DNA of 29,459 nucleotides from a virus. Below are positions 8,032 to 17,316 of the stretch, one piece after another. Below the pieces are notes generated by a model. It saw only the letters and a program-made list of their open reading frames with translations. It made no database searches and had not been told where the DNA came from. The stretch lies in UHGV virus genome UHGV-0099905; one strand, 5' to 3'. Positions within the stretch are counted from its first letter, which is position 1; the number at the start of each line of letters is the position of its first letter. The translations under genes were made by a program, and so were the position numbers.

Positions 8032-10518
8032 ATGTCAAAGTTTAATTCTATTACACTGGCTATTCTGTCAGTATTAGCGACTTCGCATACATGGGCTAAG
8101 GGTGAAACGTTTAATACCAATTTTATGATTGGTGGTTTAAATGGGGAGAAAATTTCTAACTACCATATTGATAGTGATAAGCCGATGCCGGGTATCTACG
8201 CTATGGATGTTTATCTGAATAATCAATGGCGTGGCCACTATGATATTGATATTAAAGATGACCCTAATGCAACATGTTTATCCATGGAGCAATTAAAGCA
8301 AATTGGGATCCTCACTGAAGGAATTAGTATCGATAAAGGCGTAGAATGTGTACCACTTCGGGATGCTGTCCAGGGAGGCAGCGTCGACTATGATATTGGG
8401 CATTTTAACCTAAAATTAAGCGTGCCCCAAGCCTATGTTCTGGAATATGAACATGGCTATGTTCCGCCTGAAGCATGGGATCGCGGGATTAACGCATTAT
8501 ATACATCTTATTATGCCAGTCAGTATTACAGTGATTATAAAAACGGCGGAGATGATAAAAGTAGCTATCTAAATCTGAACAGTGGGTTAAATCTCCTGGG
8601 CTGGCAGCTGCATTCAAATGCCAATTATACGAAAAGCGACGAAAACAGCGGTAAATGGAAGAGTAACACGCTATATCTGGAACGTGGAATTCCACAAATT
8701 CTCGGCACGTTTCGCGCAGGTGAAATGTATACTGGTTCTGATGTTTTTGACTCCGTGCGTTTTCGCGGCGTGCGCCTTTGGCGCGATATGCAGATGTTAC
8801 CGAACTCTAAACAGAATTTTACTCCTGTGGTACGCGGCGTTGCCCAGAGTAACGCACTCGTCACCATAGAACAAAATGGTTTTGTGGTTTACCAGAAAGA
8901 AGTACCGCCAGGCCCATTCGCCATTGATGATTTGCAACTTTCTAATGGTGGGGCAGATTTGGAAGTTATCGTCAAAGAAGCTGATGGTTCAACGTCGTAC
9001 TATCGGGTGCCTTATTCATCGGTGCCAAATATGTTGCAACCTGGCGTTTCTAAATATGAATTTTCAGCCGGACGTAGTCATATTGAAGGAGCCAGCAATC
9101 AATCTGATTTTATCCAGGGAAGCTATAAGCATGGTTTCAACAATTTGCTGACAGGTTATGGCGGCACGCTGTTATCTGATAATTACTCATCGTTTGTTCT
9201 TGGAACAGGATGGAATACACCGATTGGTGCTATATCGGTTGATTTTACCCATTCATACAGCAAGCAAGACAACGGTGATGTGTTTAACGGTCAAAGTTAT
9301 CAGATTGCCTGGAATAAATATCTCTCTCAGAGCGGAACACAATTTTCTCTGGCGGCCTGGCGTTATTCCTCTCGGGGTTATCGTACTTTTAACGATCATG
9401 TATGGGCAAATAACAAAAATAGATACAATCGAGAAGACAACTCAGGCTATGACATTGCCAACTACTACCAGTATGATTTTGGTCGCAAGAATAGCTTTTC
9501 TTTAAATATCAACCAGTCATTACCGGAAAATTGGGGGTATCTGGCGATCAGCGGTCAATGGCGAGATTACTGGGAACGTAGCGGGACAGGGAAAAATTAC
9601 CAACTAAGCTATACGAACTCATGGGAACGTCTAAGTTATACCTTGTCGGTTAGCCAGACATACGATGAGGATAACAGCGAAGACAGACGCATTAACTTAT
9701 TTTTCTCAATCCCCTTCTCGTGGCGTGATAATATCACCGAAAAACGACGAGATTTATTTATCTCTAACTCGACCACATTTGATAAAGACGGCTACCAGTC
9801 AAATACTACCAGCCTCAGTGGTGTAGCTGGGAACCGTGATCAGTTCAGCTACGGGGCTAACTTTAGCCATCAACAACAGGACAGCGAAGCAACAGCAGGT
9901 GGAAATCTGATTTGGCGTGCGCCAGTGGCTACCATTGGTGGCAGCTATAGCCAGTCGAAAAAATATCAACAGATAAGTGGTAATATTCAAGGTGGTTTAG
10001 TCGCGTGGTCAGACGGGATAGCACTGGCTCCCAGACTTTCAGATACATTTACCATCGTCCATGCTCCGGGGCTGGATGGGGCTGCGGTACAGGGGTATCG
10101 TTACCTGAGCACGGATAGCCGAGGTTACGCTATTTATGACAGCCTGACGCCGTATCGTAAAAACACGTTGATGCTGGATACTTCTGACAGTCAAAGCGAT
10201 GTGGCACTACTGGGCAACCGTAAAAGCACCGCTCCTTATCGTGGGGCCGTTGTGATGACGCAGTTTGATACTGACAAACGTAAACCCTGGTATTTCCTTG
10301 CTCAGCGCCCGGATGGTTCTCCATTATCGTTCGGTTATGAAGTTGAAGATGAAAGCGGTAAGAATGTGGGCTTGGTAGGACAGGGAAGTCGGATATTTAT
10401 TCGCACTGATGATGTTCCCGCATCGATTCGCGTCTCGGTTAATAAACAGCAGGAACAATTCTGTACTATTACCTTTGATAAAGTTATCGAAGAGAATAAA
10501 GTTTATATTTGTCGTTAA
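8032..10518 (+). CDS. Fimbrial outer-membrane usher
   Basis: About 830 aa, signal peptide, usher N-terminal FNTNF motif, beta-barrel-type composition; ATG at 8032 behind AGGGA. Confidence 0.9.
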   Translation: MSKFNSITLAILSVLATSHTWAKGETFNTNFMIGGLNGEKISNYHIDSDKPMPGIYAMDVYLNNQWRGHYDIDIKDDPNATCLSMEQLKQIGILTEGISIDKGVECVPLRDAVQGGSVDYDIGHFNLKLSVPQAYVLEYEHGYVPPEAWDRGINALYTSYYASQYYSDYKNGGDDKSSYLNLNSGLNLLGWQLHSNANYTKSDENSGKWKSNTLYLERGIPQILGTFRAGEMYTGSDVFDSVRFRGVRLWRDMQMLPNSKQNFTPVVRGVAQSNALVTIEQNGFVVYQKEVPPGPFAIDDLQLSNGGADLEVIVKEADGSTSYYRVPYSSVPNMLQPGVSKYEFSAGRSHIEGASNQSDFIQGSYKHGFNNLLTGYGGTLLSDNYSSFVLGTGWNTPIGAISVDFTHSYSKQDNGDVFNGQSYQIAWNKYLSQSGTQFSLAAWRYSSRGYRTFNDHVWANNKNRYNREDNSGYDIANYYQYDFGRKNSFSLNINQSLPENWGYLAISGQWRDYWERSGTGKNYQLSYTNSWERLSYTLSVSQTYDEDNSEDRRINLFFSIPFSWRDNITEKRRDLFISNSTTFDKDGYQSNTTSLSGVAGNRDQFSYGANFSHQQQDSEATAGGNLIWRAPVATIGGSYSQSKKYQQISGNIQGGLVAWSDGIALAPRLSDTFTIVHAPGLDGAAVQGYRYLSTDSRGYAIYDSLTPYRKNTLMLDTSDSQSDVALLGNRKSTAPYRGAVVMTQFDTDKRKPWYFLAQRPDGSPLSFGYEVEDESGKNVGLVGQGSRIFIRTDDVPASIRVSVNKQQEQFCTITFDKVIEENKVYICR

Positions 10519-10528
10519 AGGATTTTTT

Positions 10529-11539
10529 ATGAAGAAATATTGGTTTTTGTTTTTGTTGATTATTCCATTTTTTGGGCAGGCGAAATGTACCCCTAAGGGA
10601 ACTTGGACAGCAACTCAACCAATTACACTGGACTTAACAACGGATTCAACAATAGTAAGTTTTAATCCCAACCTGCAAGGATCTTATGAATGTAACTCGA
10701 GGGGGGATAAGATGTATTTTGCAACAACGTTAGATGACTATATTGTTGAAATGAAAGATGGCTCCAGCAATAAGTCTATTTTTATTAAATTAAAGCTTGA
10801 GGCTGATGGATTTCCTGTAGAAACGAGTGGTTCGCTTCTGTCGCCTAAAACCTATTCTGTTGCTGATACCATTAATAATAAACAACTGAAGTTAACGGCC
10901 TCATATATACCACCAACTAAATATAGAAGTGATCGTGGTGAAGCGGTAGAGGGGGATTCATTCGAATTGAAAAAAGCGGCGGCTAATTTTTTGTCTGATA
11001 ATACATGTAGTTCAAATATTCTTTCATGGATAGCATGCTATGTTTTTGGATTGTTAAATAAAGGTGAAGCTTACGAACAAAAACTAACCATTAATGTTAA
11101 ACACAAACCCACAACCTGTCGTTTCTCGCAACCGACTTACGAAATAAGAATACCAGAAACAACGATAAGTGAAATGCTATCTGCCAATAACTCAAAATCA
11201 GGTTCTGTAGATCTGGTCCTAAATTGCGATAGTGTCTATAACGTCACGACTAATCCAGTGACTTTTAAAGTTGAGCGTGGTGTGTGGGATGATAGTGGAA
11301 CAATATTGAAAAATACATTGTCCGATGGTGCTAAGGGTGTAGGGTTCCAGATTTACAATGGTAATGCAACGACACCGTTAAAGCTGGGCGATACCCTGAT
11401 GAACAGATTACCTAAAATGGCGGCTATTCAGGAGCAGTACATCTTCCCGATTACCGCAAAATACGTTCGCGTGAAAGAGGAAGCTTTACAGCCTGGGGAA
11501 GTTCAAGGCCAGGCGATATTTGCCGTATCCTACGACTAA
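10529..11539 (+). CDS. Fimbrial minor subunit / tip adhesin candidate (two-domain size, about 337 aa)
   Basis: Signal peptide MKKYWFLFLLIIPFFGQA starting at ATG 10529 after SD AAAGGA; the track start at 10409 overlaps the usher and is rejected. Confidence 0.6.
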   Translation: MKKYWFLFLLIIPFFGQAKCTPKGTWTATQPITLDLTTDSTIVSFNPNLQGSYECNSRGDKMYFATTLDDYIVEMKDGSSNKSIFIKLKLEADGFPVETSGSLLSPKTYSVADTINNKQLKLTASYIPPTKYRSDRGEAVEGDSFELKKAAANFLSDNTCSSNILSWIACYVFGLLNKGEAYEQKLTINVKHKPTTCRFSQPTYEIRIPETTISEMLSANNSKSGSVDLVLNCDSVYNVTTNPVTFKVERGVWDDSGTILKNTLSDGAKGVGFQIYNGNATTPLKLGDTLMNRLPKMAAIQEQYIFPITAKYVRVKEEALQPGEVQGQAIFAVSYD

Positions 11540-11566
11540 TGAGCATGGTGGTTAGTCGCTACTTTT

Positions 11567-11600
11567 CACGTACTTTCGGAGAGAAAGTACGTGTGTTTTT
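11567..11600 (+). terminator. Rho-independent terminator after the fimbrial operon
   Basis: 11-bp perfect stem CACGTACTTTC / GAAAGTACGTG, 5-nt loop, followed by TGTTTTT. Confidence 0.6.
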
Positions 11601-11717
11601 ATCCAGAGCGCCCTAAAACCCCGTCCTTCAGAGTGGAGGTATAAGGCGCACTGGATAAAATGATGGAGTAGTGGGCAATTAAGCTCTATAATTGCGTACA
11701 CATATTGAGTACACGAG

Positions 11718-11945
11718 GTGTTTATGCAATCTATTAACTTCCGTACCGCACGCAGCAATCTTACCGAAGTGCTCAACAATGTTGAAGCCGGAGAAGAGGT
11801 TGAAATCACCCGTAGAGGCCGTGAGCCAGCTGTAATTGTCAGCAAGGCCACTTTCGAAGCCTACAAAAAAGCGGCGCTGGATGCTGAATTCGCATCCCTG
11901 TTTGACACTCTGGACACCACCAATAAGAAACTGGTTAACCGATAA
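11718..11945 (+). CDS. phd: Phd antitoxin (P1-type)
   Basis: [64 protein letters not shown]... is near-identical to P1 Phd as recalled; overlaps doc by TAATG. Confidence 0.9.
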   Translation: MFMQSINFRTARSNLTEVLNNVEAGEEVEITRRGREPAVIVSKATFEAYKKAALDAEFASLFDTLDTTNKKLVNR

Positions 11946-12322
11946 TGAGGCATATATCACCGGAAGAGCTTACTGCAATTCATGATGCGAATATAAGCCG
12001 CTACGGCGGCCTGCCAGGCATGTCAGATTCGGGAAGAGCTGAGGCTATTATCGGGAGAGTCCAGGCCAGAGTTGCATATGAAGAGATTACCGACCTTTTC
12101 GAAGTCTCCGCAACTTACCTGGTGGCTACTGCGAGAGGGCATATATTCAATGATGCCAATAAGCGTACCGCGCTAAACAGTGCGTTGTTATTTCTGCGCC
12201 GTAACGGTGTGCAGGTATATGATTCACCAGAACTGGCAGAGCTTACTGTGGGGGCTGCGACCGGAGAGGTATCCGTATCTACTGTCGTTGCCACGTTACG
12301 TAGATTGTATGGTACGGCGTAG
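11945..12322 (+). CDS. doc: Doc toxin (Fic-fold kinase, P1-type)
   Basis: MRHISPEEL...[26 protein letters not shown]... matches P1 Doc as recalled, including the Fic-like HxFxDANKR motif. Confidence 0.9.
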   Translation: MRHISPEELTAIHDANISRYGGLPGMSDSGRAEAIIGRVQARVAYEEITDLFEVSATYLVATARGHIFNDANKRTALNSALLFLRRNGVQVYDSPELAELTVGAATGEVSVSTVVATLRRLYGTA

Positions 12323-12455
12323 TAAATTAATGGTACGCAAATACAACAAATTGTCCCGTGACGCGTTAAAGATGCTTCTTGATGGGGTGAGCAGCCGCAA
12401 GGTTATGAATCGCCACGGATAATTTAGACACTTCCGAGCCGTTGATAATACTGGT

Positions 12456-13640
12456 TCAAACTAATGCAGCTATGCCTTTTACCTTGCTTAAAAGTTCAAG
12501 CTGTCGTGAATAAGGTTTTGCGCAATAGTAGGCTTTGATAATCTGCCCCGGTGTCGCATCGCCGGGATCGAGTCCTTCCTCGCCCAAACACGCTACTTTG
12601 ACATTAAGACCGATACTGGTCAGTCGCCTGGCTGCGGCCATCGTGTTGCGTATAGCTTGCTTTTCACTATCCCACATCATAATCACATTACGTAATCCAC
12701 GCGCCTTGAGCGTCAGGAACGCGCCCAACTGATCTTCTGCATCCTGAGTGGTGTTACCAGATAGATGCATCCCGAACGTTCCTATCGGTTCCACGTAATC
12801 GCGTAATGTTTCTTCATCAAAAATAGCTCGTTTAACCCCCATAACATCGAACGCCCCCTCACAGACAACTACAGTCTGTTTGCCGACTGCATTGTGGCCG
12901 TTGTAGAGAAATTTACCCGATGCTGGCAGCTGCATGGGGAACAGATACCGGCGTTCTGCTGCACCGGTAATGTCACGACCCTGGAAGGTCTTCATCACGC
13001 CATCCAGATCGTAAACCGGTATCAGTATTCGCATATCGAATACCTGTCCTTTGACCTGGTCTGTGTACGGATCGACGTATGCGTGCTTGCCTTCGACGCA
13101 GTAACGCAGATCAAAGTATTTGGCCAGCTCCGGGGAAATCTGGCGCTCCACCAGATAATCAGGAAGACGACCGTCAATGGGGAGTTCGTAATGGCGCGGG
13201 AGAGCTACCGGTCCTTCCAGTTCAACCTTGCTGGCCAGCACGATCTCTTCCTTCTTCGGCGCCCAACCTTGTGAGATCAGCGCGTTCTGGACGTACTCTT
13301 CAAAATCGCGACGGGATTTGCCGCTGTAATGCTTTAGGAAGACCAGCTTATTGAACTGAATCTCTTCGGGATGATCACCTGCAAAGCATTTGCCGACACC
13401 ACTGGTCAGGTTGAAATAAACCTTCCAGTTTGAGCTGCCGCATACCGGACACTCTTTAATGTTGACCTCTCGTCCGCGAGTACTGACTCCACCATGACGG
13501 TAGATGATCCCTTCCATATCGAGCCATTGCTCAAAATCCAGCTCGGTCAGTAATTCTTTCAAGTCGCTCACGTTCTTACCCCTGTTTTTTGCAGGTAATA
13601 TCTTGATAAGCCTCGGTATTTGAATACCATAAAGGCTCAT
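12456..13640 (-). CDS. DNA primase (zinc-ribbon N-terminus plus TOPRIM-like core)
   Basis: CPVCGSS...C...H zinc-binding pattern and acidic TOPRIM-like segment VVVCEGAFD; start placed at ATG 13640 (MSLYGIQ) rather than the upstream TTG of the track. Confidence 0.6.
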   Translation of the reverse strand: MSLYGIQIPRLIKILPAKNRGKNVSDLKELLTELDFEQWLDMEGIIYRHGGVSTRGREVNIKECPVCGSSNWKVYFNLTSGVGKCFAGDHPEEIQFNKLVFLKHYSGKSRRDFEEYVQNALISQGWAPKKEEIVLASKVELEGPVALPRHYELPIDGRLPDYLVERQISPELAKYFDLRYCVEGKHAYVDPYTDQVKGQVFDMRILIPVYDLDGVMKTFQGRDITGAAERRYLFPMQLPASGKFLYNGHNAVGKQTVVVCEGAFDVMGVKRAIFDEETLRDYVEPIGTFGMHLSGNTTQDAEDQLGAFLTLKARGLRNVIMMWDSEKQAIRNTMAAARRLTSIGLNVKVACLGEEGLDPGDATPGQIIKAYYCAKPYSRQLELLSKVKGIAALV

Positions 13641-13694
13641 GTGTTTTTTCTTTTGTGGTTTTGGCAAAAGAGAAATTTGTTCTCTTCTGGAGAC

Positions 13695-13729
13695 AGGCGT
13701 GGAGAGTGTTTCCCCACGCCTTCTTTTTT
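13695..13729 (+). terminator. Plus-strand-oriented hairpin plus T-run, between minus-strand helicase and primase genes
   Basis: AGGCGTGG / CCACGCCT 8-bp stem followed by TTCTTTTTT on the plus strand; on the minus strand an A-run precedes the hairpin. Confidence 0.4.
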
Positions 13730-15068
13730 AGAGGACGTCCATAATGCGTTCGATGAATCGCATTTGTTCGAGGTTCTGCTTAACGCGGATGCTTACGCCG
13801 CCTTTCTGGTTACGTGAACCAGCGAAGTAAAGACGCGCTTCGCCTTTCGCTTCTTCTTCTTCCGTTTTGTTGATAGTGATAACGAGGTCAGCGATACGCA
13901 CCTTCTCGATGTTGTCCGCTGCGTGCATCATTGTAGCCACCTCAGAAGCGCCACCTTCTCTGTTAGTCTGCGATGCCGTGATGCCGGCAACGTTGTGTTT
14001 GTCGTACAGCGCACGCAGGTCAGTGTAGATGCTGCGAATGTTAGCGCGGTCGTCGCGGAGGTCGTAGCTGGCACGCATCAGGTCAGCGTAGTCGACCACA
14101 ACCATATCGGGGACCATACCGTTGGCTTTCATGCTGCCCAACATACGGTCCAGATCTGCGGGCGACATGCTTCCGGACGGTCGTTCAACAATCCACAAAC
14201 TTCCCACGCCTTTCGTCGCACCCAGCTCCGCCAGTTTGCGATGGACGTCATCGCGACGTTCCACCAGCCTGGACATTTCGGTCTCAGACAGACGGGCGTC
14301 AAAGCGATCTGACAGAATGGAGGTGTGAACTTCCAGCGACAGATACAGGACGTTGTAACCGGCAAGCGTGGCGTTGATGGAAAACTCCCCCATCGCCGTC
14401 GATTTACCAGACTTAGCGAAGCCCATAAACAGCACCATTTCACGCTTTGCCCAGCCTTTCTGGTAAAGCAGTTTGTCGAGCAGCGGGAGGCCGGTAGTGA
14501 TGCTGTTTGGCACGTAATCGTCGGACGCTTCGTACTCACGGGCCTTGTAACGCTCCGCTGATTCTGCGAAGTAATCGTAAATGCCGGTCGCTTCGTTAGA
14601 GCCAATTTGCTGGACCTTAGCCATGATTGCCATCGCGCCCTGGAAATCGCCCTTCTCTTTCATCTCAGCCGCTTTAATTAGCGCATCGTCGAACGCTACG
14701 CTTTTAGCAAATGTCGCGACCTGGTCGACCATGTACGCCGTATCTGACAGCTTCTCAGCGAGAATGCGCTTAAACGCCTCAACAACGTCAGGGAACAGCT
14801 CTTCGCGGATCGTCTTATCGCGTTTGGCGCGTTTGAGCATGTCGAGGATGGCTGATGATGATGGTGCGCTCTTATACATTCTGTAGTAGCCCGACACCAT
14901 GTTAACCAGAATGGAGTTAGCCGCATTAGAGAACTGGTTTGGGGCAACCAGATCGCCTGCGCGAGTCAGAAACTCATGGTCGCGACAGAAGTAGGCAGCG
15001 AGTCTATTCTGGAAGTCGTCGTCGAACTCTTCAGACAACCCTCGTCCTGTGTGGCAAAGTTCGGTCAT
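13728..15068 (-). CDS. Replicative DNA helicase, DnaB family
   Basis: Walker A GFAKSGKST, RecA-like C-terminal domain with DnaB-type motifs; 446 aa; diverged from host DnaB. Confidence 0.8.
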   Translation of the reverse strand: MTELCHTGRGLSEEFDDDFQNRLAAYFCRDHEFLTRAGDLVAPNQFSNAANSILVNMVSGYYRMYKSAPSSSAILDMLKRAKRDKTIREELFPDVVEAFKRILAEKLSDTAYMVDQVATFAKSVAFDDALIKAAEMKEKGDFQGAMAIMAKVQQIGSNEATGIYDYFAESAERYKAREYEASDDYVPNSITTGLPLLDKLLYQKGWAKREMVLFMGFAKSGKSTAMGEFSINATLAGYNVLYLSLEVHTSILSDRFDARLSETEMSRLVERRDDVHRKLAELGATKGVGSLWIVERPSGSMSPADLDRMLGSMKANGMVPDMVVVDYADLMRASYDLRDDRANIRSIYTDLRALYDKHNVAGITASQTNREGGASEVATMMHAADNIEKVRIADLVITINKTEEEEAKGEARLYFAGSRNQKGGVSIRVKQNLEQMRFIERIMDVL

Positions 15069-15128
15069 GTGCTTTCCTTTGGTGCTTAAACAATTTGTTT
15101 TCTAATACTAAAAAAGCCAGATAGGGGA

Positions 15129-15854
15129 TCAACAGAATCGCCGTGCTTCTTCCAGTTCTTCCGGGAAGTGCGCGTAAATCACACGCTCAGGCACGATTTC
15201 CATCAACCAGACAGCGGAGAAGATGATACGGATGCGTTTATCTCGGGTAATGCCACGCAGACGCTCCAGAATCCACTCAAAATAGCGTTCCTGAATCGGG
15301 TCACGCTGCATGTCTCCAAGATGCTTAAAACTCACCAGAGAGTCATCCAGACGGGTTACAGCGCGTTTGGCTAACTTCTCTTCGAATATCTCGATCAACT
15401 CGGGCTGCCAGAGATGCTGGGGGCGCGGTAATTTGTCCCACAGCCGTCGTGCAGCTGCGGAAAGAACGGTGGAGATAAAGTAGTCGTATGAGCAGCAATA
15501 GCGGTCAGCAAACTGGCGTGCTTTCCAGAGCGACGTTTTGTTGACCGTCGACAACTCCTGATATGGCACACGCTTCAGACCGGTTGTGAATGGAGCCGTC
15601 TCATAGTGTTCACGACCATGCGACAGCATGATGTATGAGTACTGGCGCTTGTATGCCTCAGTGAAAAGGCATGTGGCCATAAGTGGGTGCATGTCGCGGT
15701 AATCAAACCACTTCGTCTCGAAGAGTTCAGCCTCGTCTTTACAGCGCGACAAACCAATGTTTTCAGCGACCCACTTGTCCATAACAGCGGTATTCCACTC
15801 TGTCATGAAATCGTACTGGTCATTGTCGATAGTGTTGAAGAAGATCTGGCTCAC
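15129..15854 (-). CDS. Hypothetical protein (241 aa), first gene of the helicase-primase operon
   Basis: ORF in track; GTG start at 15854 behind AAGGGA; motif copy immediately upstream. Confidence 0.55.
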   Translation of the reverse strand: MSQIFFNTIDNDQYDFMTEWNTAVMDKWVAENIGLSRCKDEAELFETKWFDYRDMHPLMATCLFTEAYKRQYSYIMLSHGREHYETAPFTTGLKRVPYQELSTVNKTSLWKARQFADRYCCSYDYFISTVLSAAARRLWDKLPRPQHLWQPELIEIFEEKLAKRAVTRLDDSLVSFKHLGDMQRDPIQERYFEWILERLRGITRDKRIRIIFSAVWLMEIVPERVIYAHFPEELEEARRFC

Positions 15855-15866
15855 ATGATTCCCTTT

Positions 15867-15890
15867 AATAGGTATGTACTTACTTATCTA
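15867..15890. promoter_or_regulatory. Motif copy AATAGGTATGTACTTACTTATCTA
   Basis: Near-identical to the copy at 24921-24944 (21 of 22 aligned positions); directly upstream of the replication operon. Confidence 0.55.
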
Positions 15891-15991
15891 AGTGAGCGAA
15901 TCATAGCGACTGGAGATATTTTTGGGAAGTGGAAACGGAAGGGAGTTGTTCTGGTGGGTGTCTTTTAAAAGACCTGCTTCCGTATATATTT

Positions 15992-16006
15992 AATAAGTTA
16001 CTTATT
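15992..16006. promoter_or_regulatory. Palindrome AATAAGT-T-ACTTATT in the AT-rich region upstream of the GIY-YIG gene
   Basis: 7-bp perfect inverted repeat with 1-bp spacer, same half-site as the other motif copies. Confidence 0.45.
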
Positions 16007-16136
16007 ATTTATATACAGAAACAGGCATAACTTGTCGTCTTAGACACCCAGAAGCTCTACACTTTGAGCCTGTAAAATTGATTAAAAACTTATGTGTAAA
16101 ATAGAACGCATTAGTCAGTAGCTAAGAGATGCAATA

Positions 16137-16904
16137 ATGGACGATTTATCGGTATACGCGAGATCATTGGATAAGGCTAAATACTATGTTTACTGTCTCT
16201 ATGATACAGAAGACAAGATGAAAAGACCGTTTTACATAGGAAAAGGCAAATCGACTCGTTGTCTCGATCACATCAAGTATCCCGATGACTCTCCCAAATC
16301 CATGCGGATCAAAGAACTTTTGGCTAATAAAAAATTAGGCATAGATATTCTTCGTCATGGTATGGATGAAACCACAGCCAAACTTGTTGAGGCGACATGC
16401 ATCGACCTTATGGGTGTCGGAGAGCTTACGAATAAGGTACGAGGAAGTGGTTCCATGATGGGCAGAATATCACTGGACGCCTACCATCACTTAGTGCTGC
16501 AAGAGGAAACTGAAATTGCTCCTGAGCACGCCGGTCTTGCCTTCCTGCTAAACAGCACCTACAAGTCAGGAATGTCCGCTCTGGCATTATATGAAGCTAC
16601 GCGTGGCGTATGGGCAAAGGTTCCAAGAGACGAGAATCTCAAATATGCCTACGCTACATATGGGGGCCTGATAATGGAAGTTTATCAGATTGAATGCTGG
16701 GTCAAAGCCGGTTCTCAGCAGTACTTTACAAGGGATATAGCTCTTGGCCCCGACACAAAACGTTATGAATTTGTTGGCAGAATAGCCGATGAGCATATTA
16801 GAAAACTGTATGTAGGCAAATTAATCAAGAAGCCACCAAGCTACGGCAGCCCTTTTGTGAAGGTTGGGGTGGTTAGGAATGAACATAGTGTTAGCGCGGC
16901 ATAA
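16137..16904 (+). CDS. GIY-YIG nuclease-domain protein with uncharacterised C-terminal domain
   Basis: N-terminal KYYVYCLYDTEDKMKRPFYIGKGKSTRCLDH fits the GIY...YIG...R...H pattern with a downstream Glu; about 170-aa C-terminal region of unknown fold. Confidence 0.6.
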   Translation: MDDLSVYARSLDKAKYYVYCLYDTEDKMKRPFYIGKGKSTRCLDHIKYPDDSPKSMRIKELLANKKLGIDILRHGMDETTAKLVEATCIDLMGVGELTNKVRGSGSMMGRISLDAYHHLVLQEETEIAPEHAGLAFLLNSTYKSGMSALALYEATRGVWAKVPRDENLKYAYATYGGLIMEVYQIECWVKAGSQQYFTRDIALGPDTKRYEFVGRIADEHIRKLYVGKLIKKPPSYGSPFVKVGVVRNEHSVSAA

Positions 16905-16920
16905 AGCTGACACTGTACTT

Positions 16921-16959
16921 ATGCATTGGCGCGTACATTGCGCCAATGCATAATTTTTA
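16921..16959. terminator. Bidirectional terminator between the convergent GIY-YIG gene and the partition operon
   Basis: 12-bp perfect inverted repeat ATGCATTGGCGC-N7-GCGCCAATGCAT followed by AATTTTTA. Confidence 0.6.
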
Positions 16960-17316
16960 ACCTTTCTTCATCAACTCTCGTTTGATTTCATCGGTACGCA
17001 TCGTGACATCGGCAGCTGTGATCGCCTCGTTAAGTTTCACGATGTCCTCGATTTCCTGCGGTGACTTCTCTGCCAGATGGAAAATGGCTGCGCGAATCAC
17101 GTCAGAACGGGTGAACTTCTCGAAACGAGGGATGAACTTCATCATTTCCAGCAGTTCGAAGTATTCGTCCTCCAGTGACATTGTGCGGCTTTTAATTTTC
17201 TCTTTGCCACGAGTCGGGCGTCCCTGTGGTCTGACTGGTTGGCGCAAAGGAGTTGTGTTCTTGGCCGGTGCATCAGGCTCTTTGCGCTTTGCTAGGTCAC
17301 CCATTTTCATGGACAT
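16957..17316 (-). CDS. Putative partition adaptor / centromere-binding protein (small, basic N-terminus)
   Basis: 119 aa directly downstream of the ParA gene; K/R/P-rich N-terminal tail then helical domain; assignment by context only. Confidence 0.4.
   Translation of the reverse strand: MSMKMGDLAKRKEPDAPAKNTTPLRQPVRPQGRPTRGKEKIKSRTMSLEDEYFELLEMMKFIPRFEKFTRSDVIRAAIFHLAEKSPQEIEDIVKLNEAITAADVTMRTDEIKRELMKKG

Noticed and set aside
8489-10324. Multiple 60-115 aa ORFs on both strands inside the usher gene, and similar small ORFs inside the ligase, helicase, primase and SF2 helicase genes
   Set aside because: They are embedded in or antisense to long ORFs with clear protein-family signatures, have no independent start context, and are typical six-frame noise.
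10409-10528. Upstream extension of the fimbrial adhesin ORF overlapping the usher 3' end
   Set aside because: The extension lacks a signal peptide and overlaps the usher coding region; the ATG at 10529 follows an SD and begins a canonical signal peptide.
11718-12322. Interpreting the whole region as phage P1 because phd/doc are P1-identical
   Set aside because: The helicase here is a diverged DnaB-family protein unlike P1 Ban (which is close to host DnaB), the ParA is a small 222-aa type unlike the larger P1 ParA, and the lysis candidates do not resemble P1 Lyz as recalled. phd/doc is more likely a shared addiction module than evidence of P1 identity.
12330-12422. 30-codon ORF (MVRKYNKLSRDALKMLLDGVSSRKVMNRHG) just downstream of doc
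   Set aside because: Too short with no SD; it is in a different frame from the track ORF 12180-12422; possibly a remnant of a neighbouring gene but not supportable as a gene from sequence alone.
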